Shown one piece after another: positions 36,629-49,211 of a stretch of 64,000 bases of DNA. The stretch is from the NCBI GenBank assembly GCA_046563655.1, contig CM102290.1, positions 14,260,001 to 14,324,000 of the forward strand, read 5' to 3'. A program made the translations under genes and the position numbers. Every line of letters begins with the position of its first letter. Positions within the stretch are counted from its first letter, which is position 1. Source of the stretch: Yuukianura sp. NJ FZ-2021. Taxonomy: Eukaryota. Under the pieces are notes generated by a model, which saw only the letters and a list, made by a program, of their open reading frames with translations, was not told the DNA's origin and did no database searches.

Positions 36629-39199
36629 CCTCCTTCTAAAGGTCACACACAAAAGACACTCCAAATCAACTTATGATCTATGCATTAATTCAATTCCAAC
36701 AGCAGTCAAACCCTAATTGAAACAAATTGCAATTTCACTAGAAAGTGGTGAAACACTAACTCATATTGGCTCCTCCAATCACATTCTCAGATTTCTAACA
36801 GTTAAGTTTTTCAAACATAACCTAAGTTATGTTTTAAAGGATCTTGTTCTATGATATGTTTAAAAAATGTTATTAAAATTTTGTTATACTATGTTTAAAA
36901 ATTGGTATGGTGTGTTTAAAAAAGTTATGTTTAGCCTAACTTTATTATGTTTGCAGGAAATTGGATTTCCAAGGATTTTCTTAACCCGTTACAGGTTTTC
37001 ACAAGAATTTCACAAAACCGATCAATTTTTCCAAAAAAAAATCTTTTTCGAAAATTTTGGAAAAGAAAGTAATTTAAGGCGATAAAATTTTGATCTTTTG
37101 TTAAAAGTATAAAAAACTGACCTCATTTTTCCTTCTTCCTTCCACACTAAATGGCAGACGATGAGTTTTGTAACAAAATGAGACAAAAGTCTTGATTCTT
37201 CTTTTCAATTTTTTCCCTCTCCAAAATGTCTTTTCTCCTTCAAAATTGTCAATTTTTTTCTTTTTTTTGTTCTTTTGCAAGTTCCAGGCCTCGGAGCGAT
37301 GAGACAAACGTCTTTTCGAAATTCCTTTTGTCTGTTCCAGCAATCTAAAAATTCAAAAAACTTGAGTTACATACGGCACACAACGACACGCGCCGTGTAC
37401 AGTTCTTTCAATTTCAAAATTTCTTTTGTTTGCCACTCAAAGTTGAATCTTGTTCTCAATTTTGTGTTTTTGAATTTGATTTTTTACTTTCCCGGACGCG
37501 TGTCACTTTCTCGAATCTAATCTTTTAGTACTTTTTAGTACAAAAGGACTACAAGTTCCAGTCAAAATTTAATTTCTACTAAAATTTATAATGAAATAGA
37601 ATAGGTTACTAACAAAAGTGAAATTCCAGAATTCCTGGAAGATGAGGAAGCGATGTGTGTCAAAATTTGAAATTGTTATGAGACACTCCGCTTCAGTTTG
37701 ATCCTGATTCTGACACTTCTGTAACCCACAAAACCTAACTTTTTGTGTCTACAGTTTCTATAGTTCCGACTAAAAAGCTACTTTTAGACTTTTAGACTTA
37801 ACGTCTAACTTCCTCCGTTGACTGAACAACTGGAAATGAAGTCTATGACAAAACAGAGACTAGAAATGATGAGCTAGACACAACCGGAATGGAGAATCGG
37901 AAACAATTAGTTACAATTAGGCAGTTGACCCTGACCTTCTAGTTGTTATAGTCGCTTCAAAATGTAGCCAAAGTACTAAAAGTACTAAAAACTAAGTACT
38001 AAAAAGGGAATGAAAGTACTAAAAATGACTATTAAAGGGCATGACACTGCAAAAATAAATTTTGAACTACGTAGGCAAATCGTGACTGTGAGAATCCGAA
38101 TTGAAATGAGCAAATCCCAGTCGTAGCAAATTTTTGCAAATTTTGCTTTTGAGTGTGAGAAACTTTTCCATTTTTGGATTCTCTGAACTTTCCGTAGGAA
38201 ATTTCAAAAAAGTTGGAATTTTGACTTGGAATGAACCACAATTCGAAATTTTGGCACCCAGACTAAGGAAAACCAAAAAAAAAAGGAAGTAAAGAATGCG
38301 AAATGACCTCATTTTGTCAAGGTCAACGCAACTTTTTTTTCGTTTTTTCTCTTTTTAAAAAAAGTGTGACTAGACTCTCAGTTTCAAAAGTGTGTAGAAA
38401 TGAATGAAACTAAAAATTTAGAACAAAGAAAATTTGGCACAGAACCTGAAATTTTTTAGAACTTTATCCTCCGTAACTTCAAATTAACAAAAAAAGGGCG
38501 GAGCTTGAATAAACTCTCTTAAAACATCTAAGCTCCACCCACTGCATTTGTATTTAAATCAAACATACTATAACCTATGTGTTTTCAATTTTTACTTTTG
38601 TTAAATTTTTCAAATTTTTTCAAATTTTTAGTATAGTACCGTCTATCGTTTGAGTTATAGTCTTTTAGACTATGCTAACCTAGGCTAAGTATATTGCCTT
38701 GAGAAGACTAGAAATAGACCCCACCCTGTTTTATTCCTGGCGGCAAAATTGATCTTTCTCTTTTCAAAAAAGTTTCATTTTGGCTAACCCACTTGGAATC
38801 TTTGTCTGGAACTAATATGGCTCCAACAAACGAGAAATAGCTTCATCCTCTATTACTTATAGTACAATAGTAGTACTATAAGTATACTATAGGACTACAC
38901 TAGTCCTACAAAGACTAAAACAGACAATAGAAACGGAAAAGTTTGTAAAGACGCTCGTAAGCTCCCGTAGTCTTCTAATTACCACTTTCTTTCTTCTCCC
39001 AAAATTCTCTCCTGCTCAAAGTCTTAAACACTCACTCAACAAATTCTCAATTGAAACAAAAACAGGATCAAATTACGAAAAATAAAAAAAAAGTTTTCCA
39101 AAAAGAAGATGAAAAAAGAATTTCCAGAAAAAACAAACACTTACCACAACTTTTCACCTCTTTCTAGATGCTTGAGATCAGCAAAAAAATTAATGACAA

Positions 39200-39255
39200 G
39201 CTACTGGAATCGAACCCACGCCACCGTCTCAGAGGAAAACCACCTACACCACTGA
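39200..39255 (-). mobile_element. Degenerate tRNA-like/SINE fragment
   Basis: Minus-strand A-box-like TGGTGTAGGTGG (39251-39240) and B-box GGTTCGATTCC (39216-39206). Confidence 0.35.
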
Positions 39256-39830
39256 CCTCCCACTGAAATCGTTAATCTTTCGTGCCCTTGACGTGTTTTT
39301 CAGCTTTTCCTTTTGTAGTAACTTTGTCTAAAAAAGTAGAATTGGATGACAACGAGTGACTATTGTATCTTTTAGTGCTTTTGAAAGCTTCACTTGTGAC
39401 TGGCCTGCCTTGATTTGTGTCGTCTCTTGTCAACAACTGTGAACGGGAAGAGAGAAGAGAGGCAGTAAAGCTATAAATATCAAAATTAAACTGGATAGCA
39501 TTCGCAGAATTGCAATTTGCAACAAACTACAAAACTAGTTTCCACCATTTGAATTGAACCCCCCCCCCCCATGGTGTGAAATAAAAGAAATAAAAGAGGG
39601 GGGGGGGGAGTAAACCATTCACTGCTCCACTCCTAATGGACACTACTCAAAACCCACAACATTAAATTTGTGGTCGAGTCAACATTAAATTTTCAATTCA
39701 ACAGGAGATTCATCATAAAATTTTAATACATTTTAAAAATAAATACATTGATATTTTAAAAAAAAAGTACAAGTGTTGTTTCAGTGCGTCTTATACGCGA
39801 GTGCGCGTTATACGCCGATAAATGAAGTGG

Positions 39831-42800
39831 CTATATGTTGCTACCTGACTTCTCTTCAGCACCAAACGTCGGACTACACTTGATGTCAACTACGAGATGG
39901 TCCACACGGGGGGCAAATGACTTGACCTTGCAAAGTGACACGGTGTCCGTTGTCCAGGAGACGGAGTGTCCAATGGACACTAAAATTGACATGATCTTGT
40001 GCTGGACATCGTTGGCCCACTGTCGATGTGACATTGCATCTTCCTTGGTCTTCTTCAAGTCACAGTTGCCATGGACACGCAGAATGCCACCGACGTCTGG
40101 ACGCAGAGCTTTACAAGCAGCTTCATAACTCTCTTCGCAGGACGGAACATAGCCTAGGTTCACATGGTCAGCTACTCCTACAGGAGTCACCTACAAAAAA
40201 AATTTTTTAGAAAATGCAAACTTTCAAAATTTTGAAAATTCTGAGTACTGCTCACTTGTCTATTGTCACCCTGAATTATAACGCAACGATCTTGACATTT
40301 GTTCAGCTTCAAATTGTGTTCTAAAGCTTCTACAGCGTCTGGATTCAAGTCAATTGCATACACCATCTTGGCCTAAATTCAAACCACAAACAAAAAAGTT
40401 TGAAACATAAAAACAAAAATTTTCTAAGGAAAAGTTACACTAAAAGTTAAAAAATTCTCTGAAAACTTCCATTCCTTTCATTTGCTTTTCAAAACTTTTT
40501 CTCAATTTACCCCAGAAGCCATTCACTTCTTAATTAACAACCATCACACTTTCACTCAAACTTTCTCAGAAATTTCTTCAAAATAGCCATTTTTTCGAAA
40601 TTTCTAAAAAGAGCCACTTTTTTTAAGTACTTTCTACACAGTGGTCGACACAGTCGGCGGTCGCCGCTCAAAACCCAAATTTAAAATCTCTGCTGGAGAG
40701 AATAGATTAAACTGTCATGTCTCCAGAGCTCTCTGGAAATTAGAACTTTAAAAAAAGCATAAAAACCTGTACTAAAAACTAAAACTACAAATTTCAAAAA
40801 CTCAAAAAATTCAATTTCATAAAACATCATATGTACATGTTAGCCCAAAATGAAATGCCCTCCTAACATTCCATTTCAAAACTAATAAACAAGAGCTCTC
40901 GTGTCAAATAAAAAAAAAAGCAAGCGCATTCCTGAAATAAAAGAAAGTACAAACGGAGCCTAAAAACATAAAAACAAGCACCAAAATTTTGGTGCAGCAG
41001 AAACTAGTATACTAAAGTGAAAATAAAAAAACGCAAAGCTAGTCAACTGCAATGTACTTGCACTACTACGCAATACTTTCCATGCAATGCGTCAAAACAT
41101 CACGTTTTTCTCTTTTTCCCTCTCTTTTCTCTCTTTTTCCCTAACTTTTTCCCTCTCCTTTTCTCTTTTTCCCTCTCTTTTTGCTCTTTTTCTCTTTTCG
41201 CATCTCTTTTTGCTCGTTTTCTCTTTTGGCATCTCGTTTTTCGTTTTTTTCCCGTCTTTTTTTTGTTTTCATTTCCAGATTTTTGGAACTCTGGTTGGAG
41301 AGATGAAAAATGAAGGTTGATCCAGAGCATCAAAATGAAGTGGAGAGGCAAGATAGGATTTCTATTCCAAAGTACACAAAACGTGAAAGGATGAGCGAAT
41401 TGAGGAAGAAAACCCCGAAAAACCGAAATTCGGGAAGGAAAACCCGAAATCAGGACAAGGAGAGTCAACTGCTTTGAGAGCTCTGCTTTTGGCTCCTGCT
41501 GGACATGCGAGACATGGATATCCACACAATTTTTTTTTCTTCATAACGTTGCTCCCAAGGAAGAACTGTGCAAAGAATACACAATTCAAACTCTCCCGCT
41601 AACTCACGCTGTCTCAAAAAAGAGAAAAAAAAAGTTTGAGTTTGAGCTAACGGAAACTGGCGATCGGAATTCCCGCTTTTCTTGACCTTGGCAATTTCCT
41701 ATGCTCCACATATTCTCTATTCCCTACATTTTCAAACCACATAAATTGATTCTCAAAATTTTGAAAAAAAATTTGCCAATTTTTCAAAAACGGACCAAAA
41801 CCTTTCACATTCTTTGCCTGCCTCACGCATACGACAAAAACAAACCAGAAAATGGCAAATTTTGAACTTCGTGTTTGAAAAAGAGCTTAAAAATTTTTGT
41901 TTTCTGAAAACTCAAAATAATTCAAAAGTTTTTCTTGTGTTAAAAAAAATGCTAAAAAAGTAATAGTTCTCTGAAAACCGCATGCAATGAGACCGGAAAC
42001 AACTTAACTTTGTATAAAAACATTCTTTTTTCATAAAAGTAAAACAAAATTATAAAAACTAATTTTTTTTTCTTTTTTTTCTACATAAAAAATGGAAAAG
42101 CGAGACAGAACTTTCCGTTTTACAAAATACCTGATTTGGAATTCACACAAGGAACTCGTTTTTTTTTTCAAAAACTGAAAAACCGAAGCAAAAAACGTGG
42201 ATCGCGTCTTGTTTCTAAACTTCTGTTCCACTTTTGCCATACTTTTTAGTCCGCTTTGATATTTGCCTTTTCCTTTATTCTCTTCCTCTCGTATAAAACC
42301 GCATTTAAAATTCTATTTAGTCACAGTTTCTCCGTCTCACTCTCTAGCCTAACGTTATCCTACCTAAACCTAACGTGAACCTAACTTTATCCTACCTAAA
42401 TCTAATGTGAGCCTAACATAAACCTAACCTACCTATGTTTAGTATAACTTCCTGTTCAAAATGCATTGCAACTGAGAGGAAAAGTTCCTTTGAGACGCAA
42501 AAAAGAAGCACTTTGCGACGTATAGATTGGAAGCAAAGCTATAGAAAACAGTTGACAAAAAAAATCATTTTTCCCTAGTTCTAGCTTTTCCTTTTCCCTC
42601 TCCAATAGAAGTCTCAGCTCAATTCAAGTTTTTTAGTGTGTTTTTTTTTTCGAAAAAAAGTTTTCAAGCATGAGGAAAACTCTCTCCAGAGAGATTTTAG
42701 ACACACAGAGAAGAAAAAGTGAAAGAGGGAGTAAATGGAGATTTGAGAGAATCAGGAAAGAACTTTCACTGCATACTTAAGCCATTTAATCTCAAGCAAA

Positions 42801-45400
42801 TAAATGAATCTACCAAAAATTCAAATCTTCCCGCCTTTTTTACAAGCAGTTGATGGTAACGAATGTAATGTAATCAGGCATGTTCGTAAACAAGGAACTC
42901 AATTTTGTAAACGTGATTCTTACTGAAAAAAAAAACCAATCTTATGAAAAACTGATTTTGAAAATTTTGGAAACTAAAAAATTTGAGTTGTGCAAAGTGT
43001 AAGACTTTGTATATTTGCAAATCGCGAGTTTTGCAAATTGGACGAATTTTGTAGTTTGGTAGATTTGCAGAAACTCTCTAATGAAATTTCATGAATTCGT
43101 TGTTTTTTTCTTAAAAAGTAGCAAAGTGATTCAAATTACCTTGGCTTTGACTAGATACGGCAATGTAAAGTACCCAATTCCAGCAAACATGTCAACAACA
43201 ACTTGGTCAACACAATTGAGCTTGGCGATCCGCAACTTTTCTACCGTATTTCCAGGTGAGTACATGCATTTCACAAGATCCCAACTATATCTAAACAAAG
43301 AAAACAAAAAACTTCAACACCTTTTCATTCAACATGAATTGCTTCAACAAATATGTAAATTACTTTACTCCGTTTTCAGTTTTTGACACCATTGTAGATC
43401 CATCTCCGGGCAGTAGAATTTCAACATTAGGTCTGCGTATTCCCTGACTCACAGGACCACCTACGCGCGCCAGGCGCGAAACTTTGAAAATCTGTGCCAC
43501 TTCGCCCCAGAGTTTATTTCCTGTAAAACATTTTCACAATTTAACATGCAACGCAGCCTAATGCCCGTATACATAATGACGGTTCACCCGTAACCTACGG
43601 ATCAGGATTTGGTGAGACCGATCCGGGGGTCAGGATCACACTAATCCGTGAACGGTATACATAATATAATCTTGAGCGGTGGATTTGTAAATCCGGTTCA
43701 CCTGAACGTGATCATCGGATTACTCATTTTTACATGCCACATTTAAATACTTCAACAACAATGTATTATGTTGATTAAAAATGTGACAAGTTTAATGCTC
43801 CTTTTATTTTCAGGTGGCAAAGTTTTCAAACTTTCTATAACACAACACCATTTTTGTTGTGTTTTAACGAAATAGTTAATGATTCAATTAATTTCTGAAC
43901 AAAATAGGAAACTAATGGGGCAAAATGCGGCCATGCTGTGCATATACTGCGCAAGCACTGCGCAAGTACTGCGCAAGCACTAGGCACTGCGCAAGCACTA
44001 GGCACTGCGCACTGCGCAAGTACTGCGCAAGTACTGCGCAAGTACTGCGCAAGCACTGCGCAAGCACTGCGCAAGTACTGCGCACTGCGCAAGTACTGCG
44101 CACTGCGCAAGTACTGCGCACTGCGCAAGCACTGCTCACTGCGCACTGCGCACTGCGCAAGCACTGCGCACTGCGCAAGCACTGCGCAAGTACTGCGCAC
44201 TGCGCAAGCACTGCGCACTGCGCAAGCACTGCGCACTGCGCAAGCACTGCGCAAGTACTGCGCAAGCACTGCGCACTGCGCAAGTACTGCGCACTGCGCA
44301 AGCACTGCGCACTGCGCAGTTCTATAAATTCTAAAAGTTTTTTCTGACATTTATAACGCAAACTCCTTAATAAAACTGAACGCTTAACTCGTGGGAAAAG
44401 AATATAACTAAACAAAAATTAAAATAATTCCAGTTGAATCAAGTGGTGAACCTACCCCTATACCAGGGTCACGAATTTTGATCCCGATCATAGTGATCCG
44501 GTTTACTTTTTTGTATTATGTATACGAATATAACCCTGAGCGAGGGATCAAACAAATTTTTGATCCGAGGTTTACGTGAGCGGGTCACCGATGACCTCGA
44601 GACTCATTATGTATAGGGATCAGGGTGATCGGTTCAACTTTTCATGATCGGATCACCGTGATCCGGCATTATCTATACGAGCATAACTAACAAAAAACAT
44701 GAAAAATGATCAACATTGTTTAGGTAAACAGATATTTGGTCAACATCCAAAAGTTCAACAAACGTTATAAGCCTGGAGGCTACTACAGGAGGACATTGGT
44801 GACCTAATTACGTGCTGTTGTAATTATTAATTCAGGAACGGAGTCCCACTGTGCTGGAAGGGCGGATTGAGAATACTTTGGAAGCACAAGGCAGTACTTT
44901 AACTTTGAATTTCCCTCATTCCTTAACCTTTAGTGCTCCAGCACGTAACTCAACTAGTAACTTTTGACAGAAGGCAGGAAGCATGTCGCCACATGAATAA
45001 TAATTAATCCCACTACTTCAGAAGTGCTAAAACATCTCTCTCTTTCTCCACTTACATCCTGGATCCATTTTCTCCAGAAGGCACCGTCTTCCTAATCAAG
45101 TTAGTCTGGATTCTCTTATAAAACTAAAAGTTGTGCAAGGGGAGCGGCCGATTGTCATTAAAGCACACTAGGAAATGTTCTCAAATCAAAAAGTTTATTG
45201 CTAATTCTTACCACATTTCCGCCAGTTGTCGTGTACAAAACTTTGAGCTGGAAATAGGATCAAGTCGGAGTAGGAGTTCCAGCCACGCGGAAGTTCAATT
45301 TCTAAGCCATCGTTCCACAGCCCCTCTGCAACCATCACCTCCTTGATTCTTTGGTGTAACTTCTCAGTCAACTTCGGAACCATTATCAGTGTCCTTGCAA
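39831..45400 (-). CDS. TYW2: tRNA wybutosine-synthesizing protein 2 homolog (TYW2/TRMT12, Met-10+-like SAM-dependent aminocarboxypropyl transferase); 5' end uncertain
   Basis: Exons 45400-45212, 43520-43364, 43290-43140, 40372-40256 and 40190-39831 splice in frame. Motifs: ENGVKYSWDLVKCMYSPGNTVEKLRIA, VVVDMFAGIGYFTLPYL, AIDLNPDAVEAL, GDNR, VNLGYVPS, GGILRVHGN, KVKSFAPRVDHLVVD. First in-frame ATG seen is 45383; upstream exons could not be resolved. Confidence 0.88.
41100..41270. repeat. CT-rich low-complexity microsatellite in a TYW2 intron
   Basis: Repeated CTCTTTTT/CCCTCT motifs. Explains the spurious Phe/Ser and Lys/Arg ORFs. Confidence 0.85.
43562..44683. mobile_element. Non-autonomous TIR element with TAA TSD (PIF/Harbinger-like) in a TYW2 intron, carrying a TGCGCA array
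   Basis: TIRs TGCCCGTATACATAATG and CATTATCTATACGAGCA (15/17), TAA on both sides, GATC/CCGG-rich subterminal regions. Confidence 0.7.
43946..44320. repeat. Tandem array of ACTGCGCA(AG[C/T]) 7- and 11-bp units
   Basis: About 375 bp of GCACTGCGCAA/GTACTGCGCAA/CACTGCG units. Source of four overlapping repetitive ORFs. Confidence 0.97.
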
Positions 45401-48215
45401 CTAAAACATCAATACATCATAAAAAAAAACAAGAAACTTTTAGCAAATTAGAGAAAAGAACAACTTTTTCATCACTTTCCCCAAACAAAAATTTTCCGAT
45501 CCAGGAAAGAATTTTTTTGGTCAAATTTTTTGACAATTTCCCCCCCTTCCTTTTCACTTTTTCTGACGTTTTAAGCCATTTCCAATCGTTTCCCGCAATT
45601 TTTTTTGGTGACAAAGGTGTGTAGGTAAACGCTGTTGATGGAATGTTACTGAGAATGACAGAACTATGAGTTCGACTTGTGTAACTACATGAAGACGGAA
45701 TTGAATTTGAAGTTGGTTTTTGGTGGTGAAATCGTTATGTTTTCGTTTCCTTCGGAGGAAACTGTGTGCGTTAGTTGTTAAGTTGAAAAGGTAATTAATT
45801 AAGTTGCCCTGTCCGCTCTCTGTCGAGTGGAAATTGAGATTATGGGTTTTAATTAATGGGCCTTGCTAAAAGGGTGCTCCCACTGTGAGTCCAATCCATT
45901 TCATAAATTATTCTTGACAGAGGAACACTGTCCTACATACTTCTGGATAGTACTGGATACTTCCTAGATACTTGTGTAGTGGTGCCTACAAGTCCTCAAG
46001 TAGACCTCTGAGAGAGGGAAAACGCAAGTTCAAACTTTCCCGCCCCAATGTCCTTCCTCTGCCAATATTTGTCTTCATTTGGGAGAAGAATGGGACGGAG
46101 GGAGTAACTATTATCTGCTCAAGACCAAGGTTCTGGAACAACCAAGAGGTCAATTCATGTCGGCAGAGTAGGGAGGTTGTGCTGACCTCACATTTGTTAC
46201 AGAACTGGATTCTACCTACTACAACCAGAAAGGAACGAATCGACGACTTCAATTATACTGTAATTAAGTTGACAATTACTTGCTAACTTGGTCACTTTTA
46301 CCCCAAGACACACTCAAGAGTCAGCTCTTTTCCGAAGAAATGAATCACTTCAATTGGTTTCGGGCAGTGACTTCTGTCTATCCTTTTCCTTCGACGTCGC
46401 TAATTCGTTTTGCTTAGGAAACAATCTCACCCTATAAGCAATGAATAAATAAATGCAATTAAGGTAAATTCAATTAACTAGATTAACTCAAATTAAGTTT
46501 TATGTTGCAGTGTGCCCTCTGACCTGTCATGTTAGCCCCCCCCCCCTCCCTGCAAAGATTTTTCCGATTTTTTTGTTAAACTGAACGGTTTATAGTACTG
46601 TATTGTGCCTGGATCGTTGCAGCAACGTTACTAAAACGTTTTACGTTTTGTTAACTAGTTGCAAATGTACTTGATTACCACGACTGCAGTTAAATTTAAT
46701 TATAATTAACCATACCTCTTAATTACTTGCTTTTTGAATTGGAAGATGCAATGGCAAACTTGTAGGAAACTCAATCAGCTGTTCGAATGTGAATTAGATG
46801 TGTGACTGTAACATTCCTAAGAGTGACCCAATTGTGGAGTTGAATTGAAGCATTAAATCAATTACTAATTAACTAATTAACAGAAAATCGAAAATCGTCG
46901 TGGAGAGTTTCCTGAACAAGATTTTTCTTTCCTTTGCTTTTAGCTTTCTGCTTGTGAAGATTTTTCGGTGAAAGAGTTTCTCGCGGGTGAAAAATTTGAA
47001 TTTTCGTCCCGCAATTTTCTTCGTTGATACAATAACAAACATTTTTTTTTGATTTTTCAAAATTTTGGAAACGATTTAAAACAACCGAAAATCAGAAAAT
47101 ACTAAAAAAAAATAAGTGTCTTAGTTAAGGAATTCACAAAACCTCCAAGATGTTTCAAATGTCTGTTTCATTTCTAGCGTCACTACAAAAATTTATGACA
47201 AAAGGCCTCCCTCCATTTTATGAAAGTCATTTTCATTTGCTCCCGCCATAAATAATTAAAGTTGAACTTTAAAATACTCATGTTTTTATAACAAGCAGTA
47301 GAAGAGACATTACGTTTAAGTTGTTTTCCATGTTAGTCCATTATGCACAAAAGTTTTTAGTCATTTTAGCACGAAACACTGTAAAGTTTCTTCAAGGAGC
47401 TTCAAGTCATTTTCGAAATTTGAATTTTAAAATTTATAAGTTTCATCAAATCGCTGCGGGATATGCTTCCCCAGTGCAATATCAAAGACCCCCAAATTTT
47501 AAAATCCAAAATTTTTATGCACAACTTAAAAAATTACTGCCAAAACGAAATTTGTTATACCGCAAAAATTTAGGTCGGAAAAAAGTGCGGTAAAACGTAC
47601 AACATTAGAAAAACATTACCCACACGTTTTGTATAAGCCTAGTTATGTACGTAAAGCAACGACGACACACTACTGGAACTTACTGTAAGTTTGAAATTTG
47701 ACATTTGACCTTTGTAGGTCACGAGGTCACGGAGGTCATCATGTGACCTTAGATTTAAAAAGATATAATAACTTTTCTGGAATGAGCAACTCTAATCTGA
47801 TTTCTGTCACCACCAGCAGCACTAATGTTATACTATGAAAAGGCTCCAGGACACACGACTTCTAAAAAAACGAAAAAAGAGAGATTTTCAAACAAATGGA
47901 ATTTTGCCGCCATTTCCGCCTTCCTTCCTTCCGGCATCTTTCTTTTCCTTCTTCATTTCACCTTTCTTTAGTTCTCTCTTCTTATGTTTTCTCCCCAATC
48001 ACAACCGTGTTCTGATCAAAATAGTTACTCCCTCCAAAAAAACATTCGGAGGGAGTAACTATTTTGATTTTTTTTCTATTTCTTTTTCATTTTCAATTTC
48101 GGCTTTCCAATTTCAAACTATCCCCCTCGCAACTTTTCAAAAATTGTTCAGTCACATGATCTCTGTAGTTCCTTCAACGGGGTGAAAGGTTAATCGTTTC
48201 AAAACTAAAATTTCA

Positions 48216-48284
48216 AAAAAAAAACGCAAAGTTGAGAAATTTAGCACTTAAAGTGTGAAATTTCTCAACTTTGCGTTTTTTTTT
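48216..48284. repeat. Near-perfect ~69-bp palindrome (fold-back)
   Basis: Arms AAAAAAAAACGCAAAGTTGAGAAATTT and AAATTTCTCAACTTTGCGTTTTTTTTT around AGCACTTAAAGTGTG. Confidence 0.85.
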
Positions 48285-49211
48285 ACGATCAAACAAAAGT
48301 GTTCAAATAATGTTGCGTAGCCCAGTTTTCACCTGGGTTTGTTCTACTTAAAATTCTGTCTTTCCCGCTTTTTGATTGTTTTAAAATTCAAAGTTTTGCA
48401 CCTTCAACATGTGTGAAGCTTAACATTTGTTAAAATGGTAAAAACTGAATGAAAAAACCATGAAAAAGGCCTCGTTCCTACTAGCAGACAAAGGAATGGT
48501 TTTTGCAAAACTTTCTTTTGTCAAAATGTTGGCGCCAATGTTTTCTACCGCTAAAATTTAAGTTGCTTACACCTCAACATGAATGCAAACCTAAAAATTC
48601 TTAAATTCAAAAAAGTTTTTATGGAAAAATTGATTAGAAACGATAGTGGTAATAATCTAAGAAAGTTTTTTTTTGTGTTTTCTCTGAGTTTTGTTAGTTT
48701 AGGGAGACAATTGGAGAAAAAAGTAAAGTTTGTTGGGTGTGATGTGTCATTGGTGTGTTTCTGAAAGTTAAAGTGTATGTAAATGTACTTAATTTAGAAA
48801 ACAGTAAGAATTGGAGTGTTTAGAATGAATGGTTTTTGGTCCATGGACACCCAACTGACAACAGACACCGACATGGCTAACGGGTTCTCAAGTGACCGAT
48901 ATATTTAGCATTCAAGTGGGCAAAAGGTAATTGTGGCCAATTGCTAGCACCCACCGTCAGTCCTCTTCCAACGTTTCACAAGGAACAATTTACACATTTT
49001 TCAAAAATTTTGACATTTTTCACAAATTTTGAAATTTTTGAGACATAAGTTTTCAGGTGATTCTGGAAATTCCAAGACTACTGTAGACGCTAAGCCCTCG
49101 TAACCTTCCAGGAATTTGTGTGACTTGTGAAGTTTTCAAAGAAAAATTTTTGTGGAAAAAATTTTTTTTCGCTTGATCTGAAAGTGCCGACGACTGTGTT
49201 ATTTTTGGAGA

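Noticed and set aside
41017..41525. Phe-rich and Lys/Arg-rich ORFs
   Set aside because: They arise from a CT microsatellite in a TYW2 intron.
43835..44415. Four overlapping Cys/Ala-rich ORFs (CAVLAQ/CASTA repeats)
   Set aside because: Translation of a tandem DNA repeat inside an intronic TIR element, open in multiple frames on both strands.
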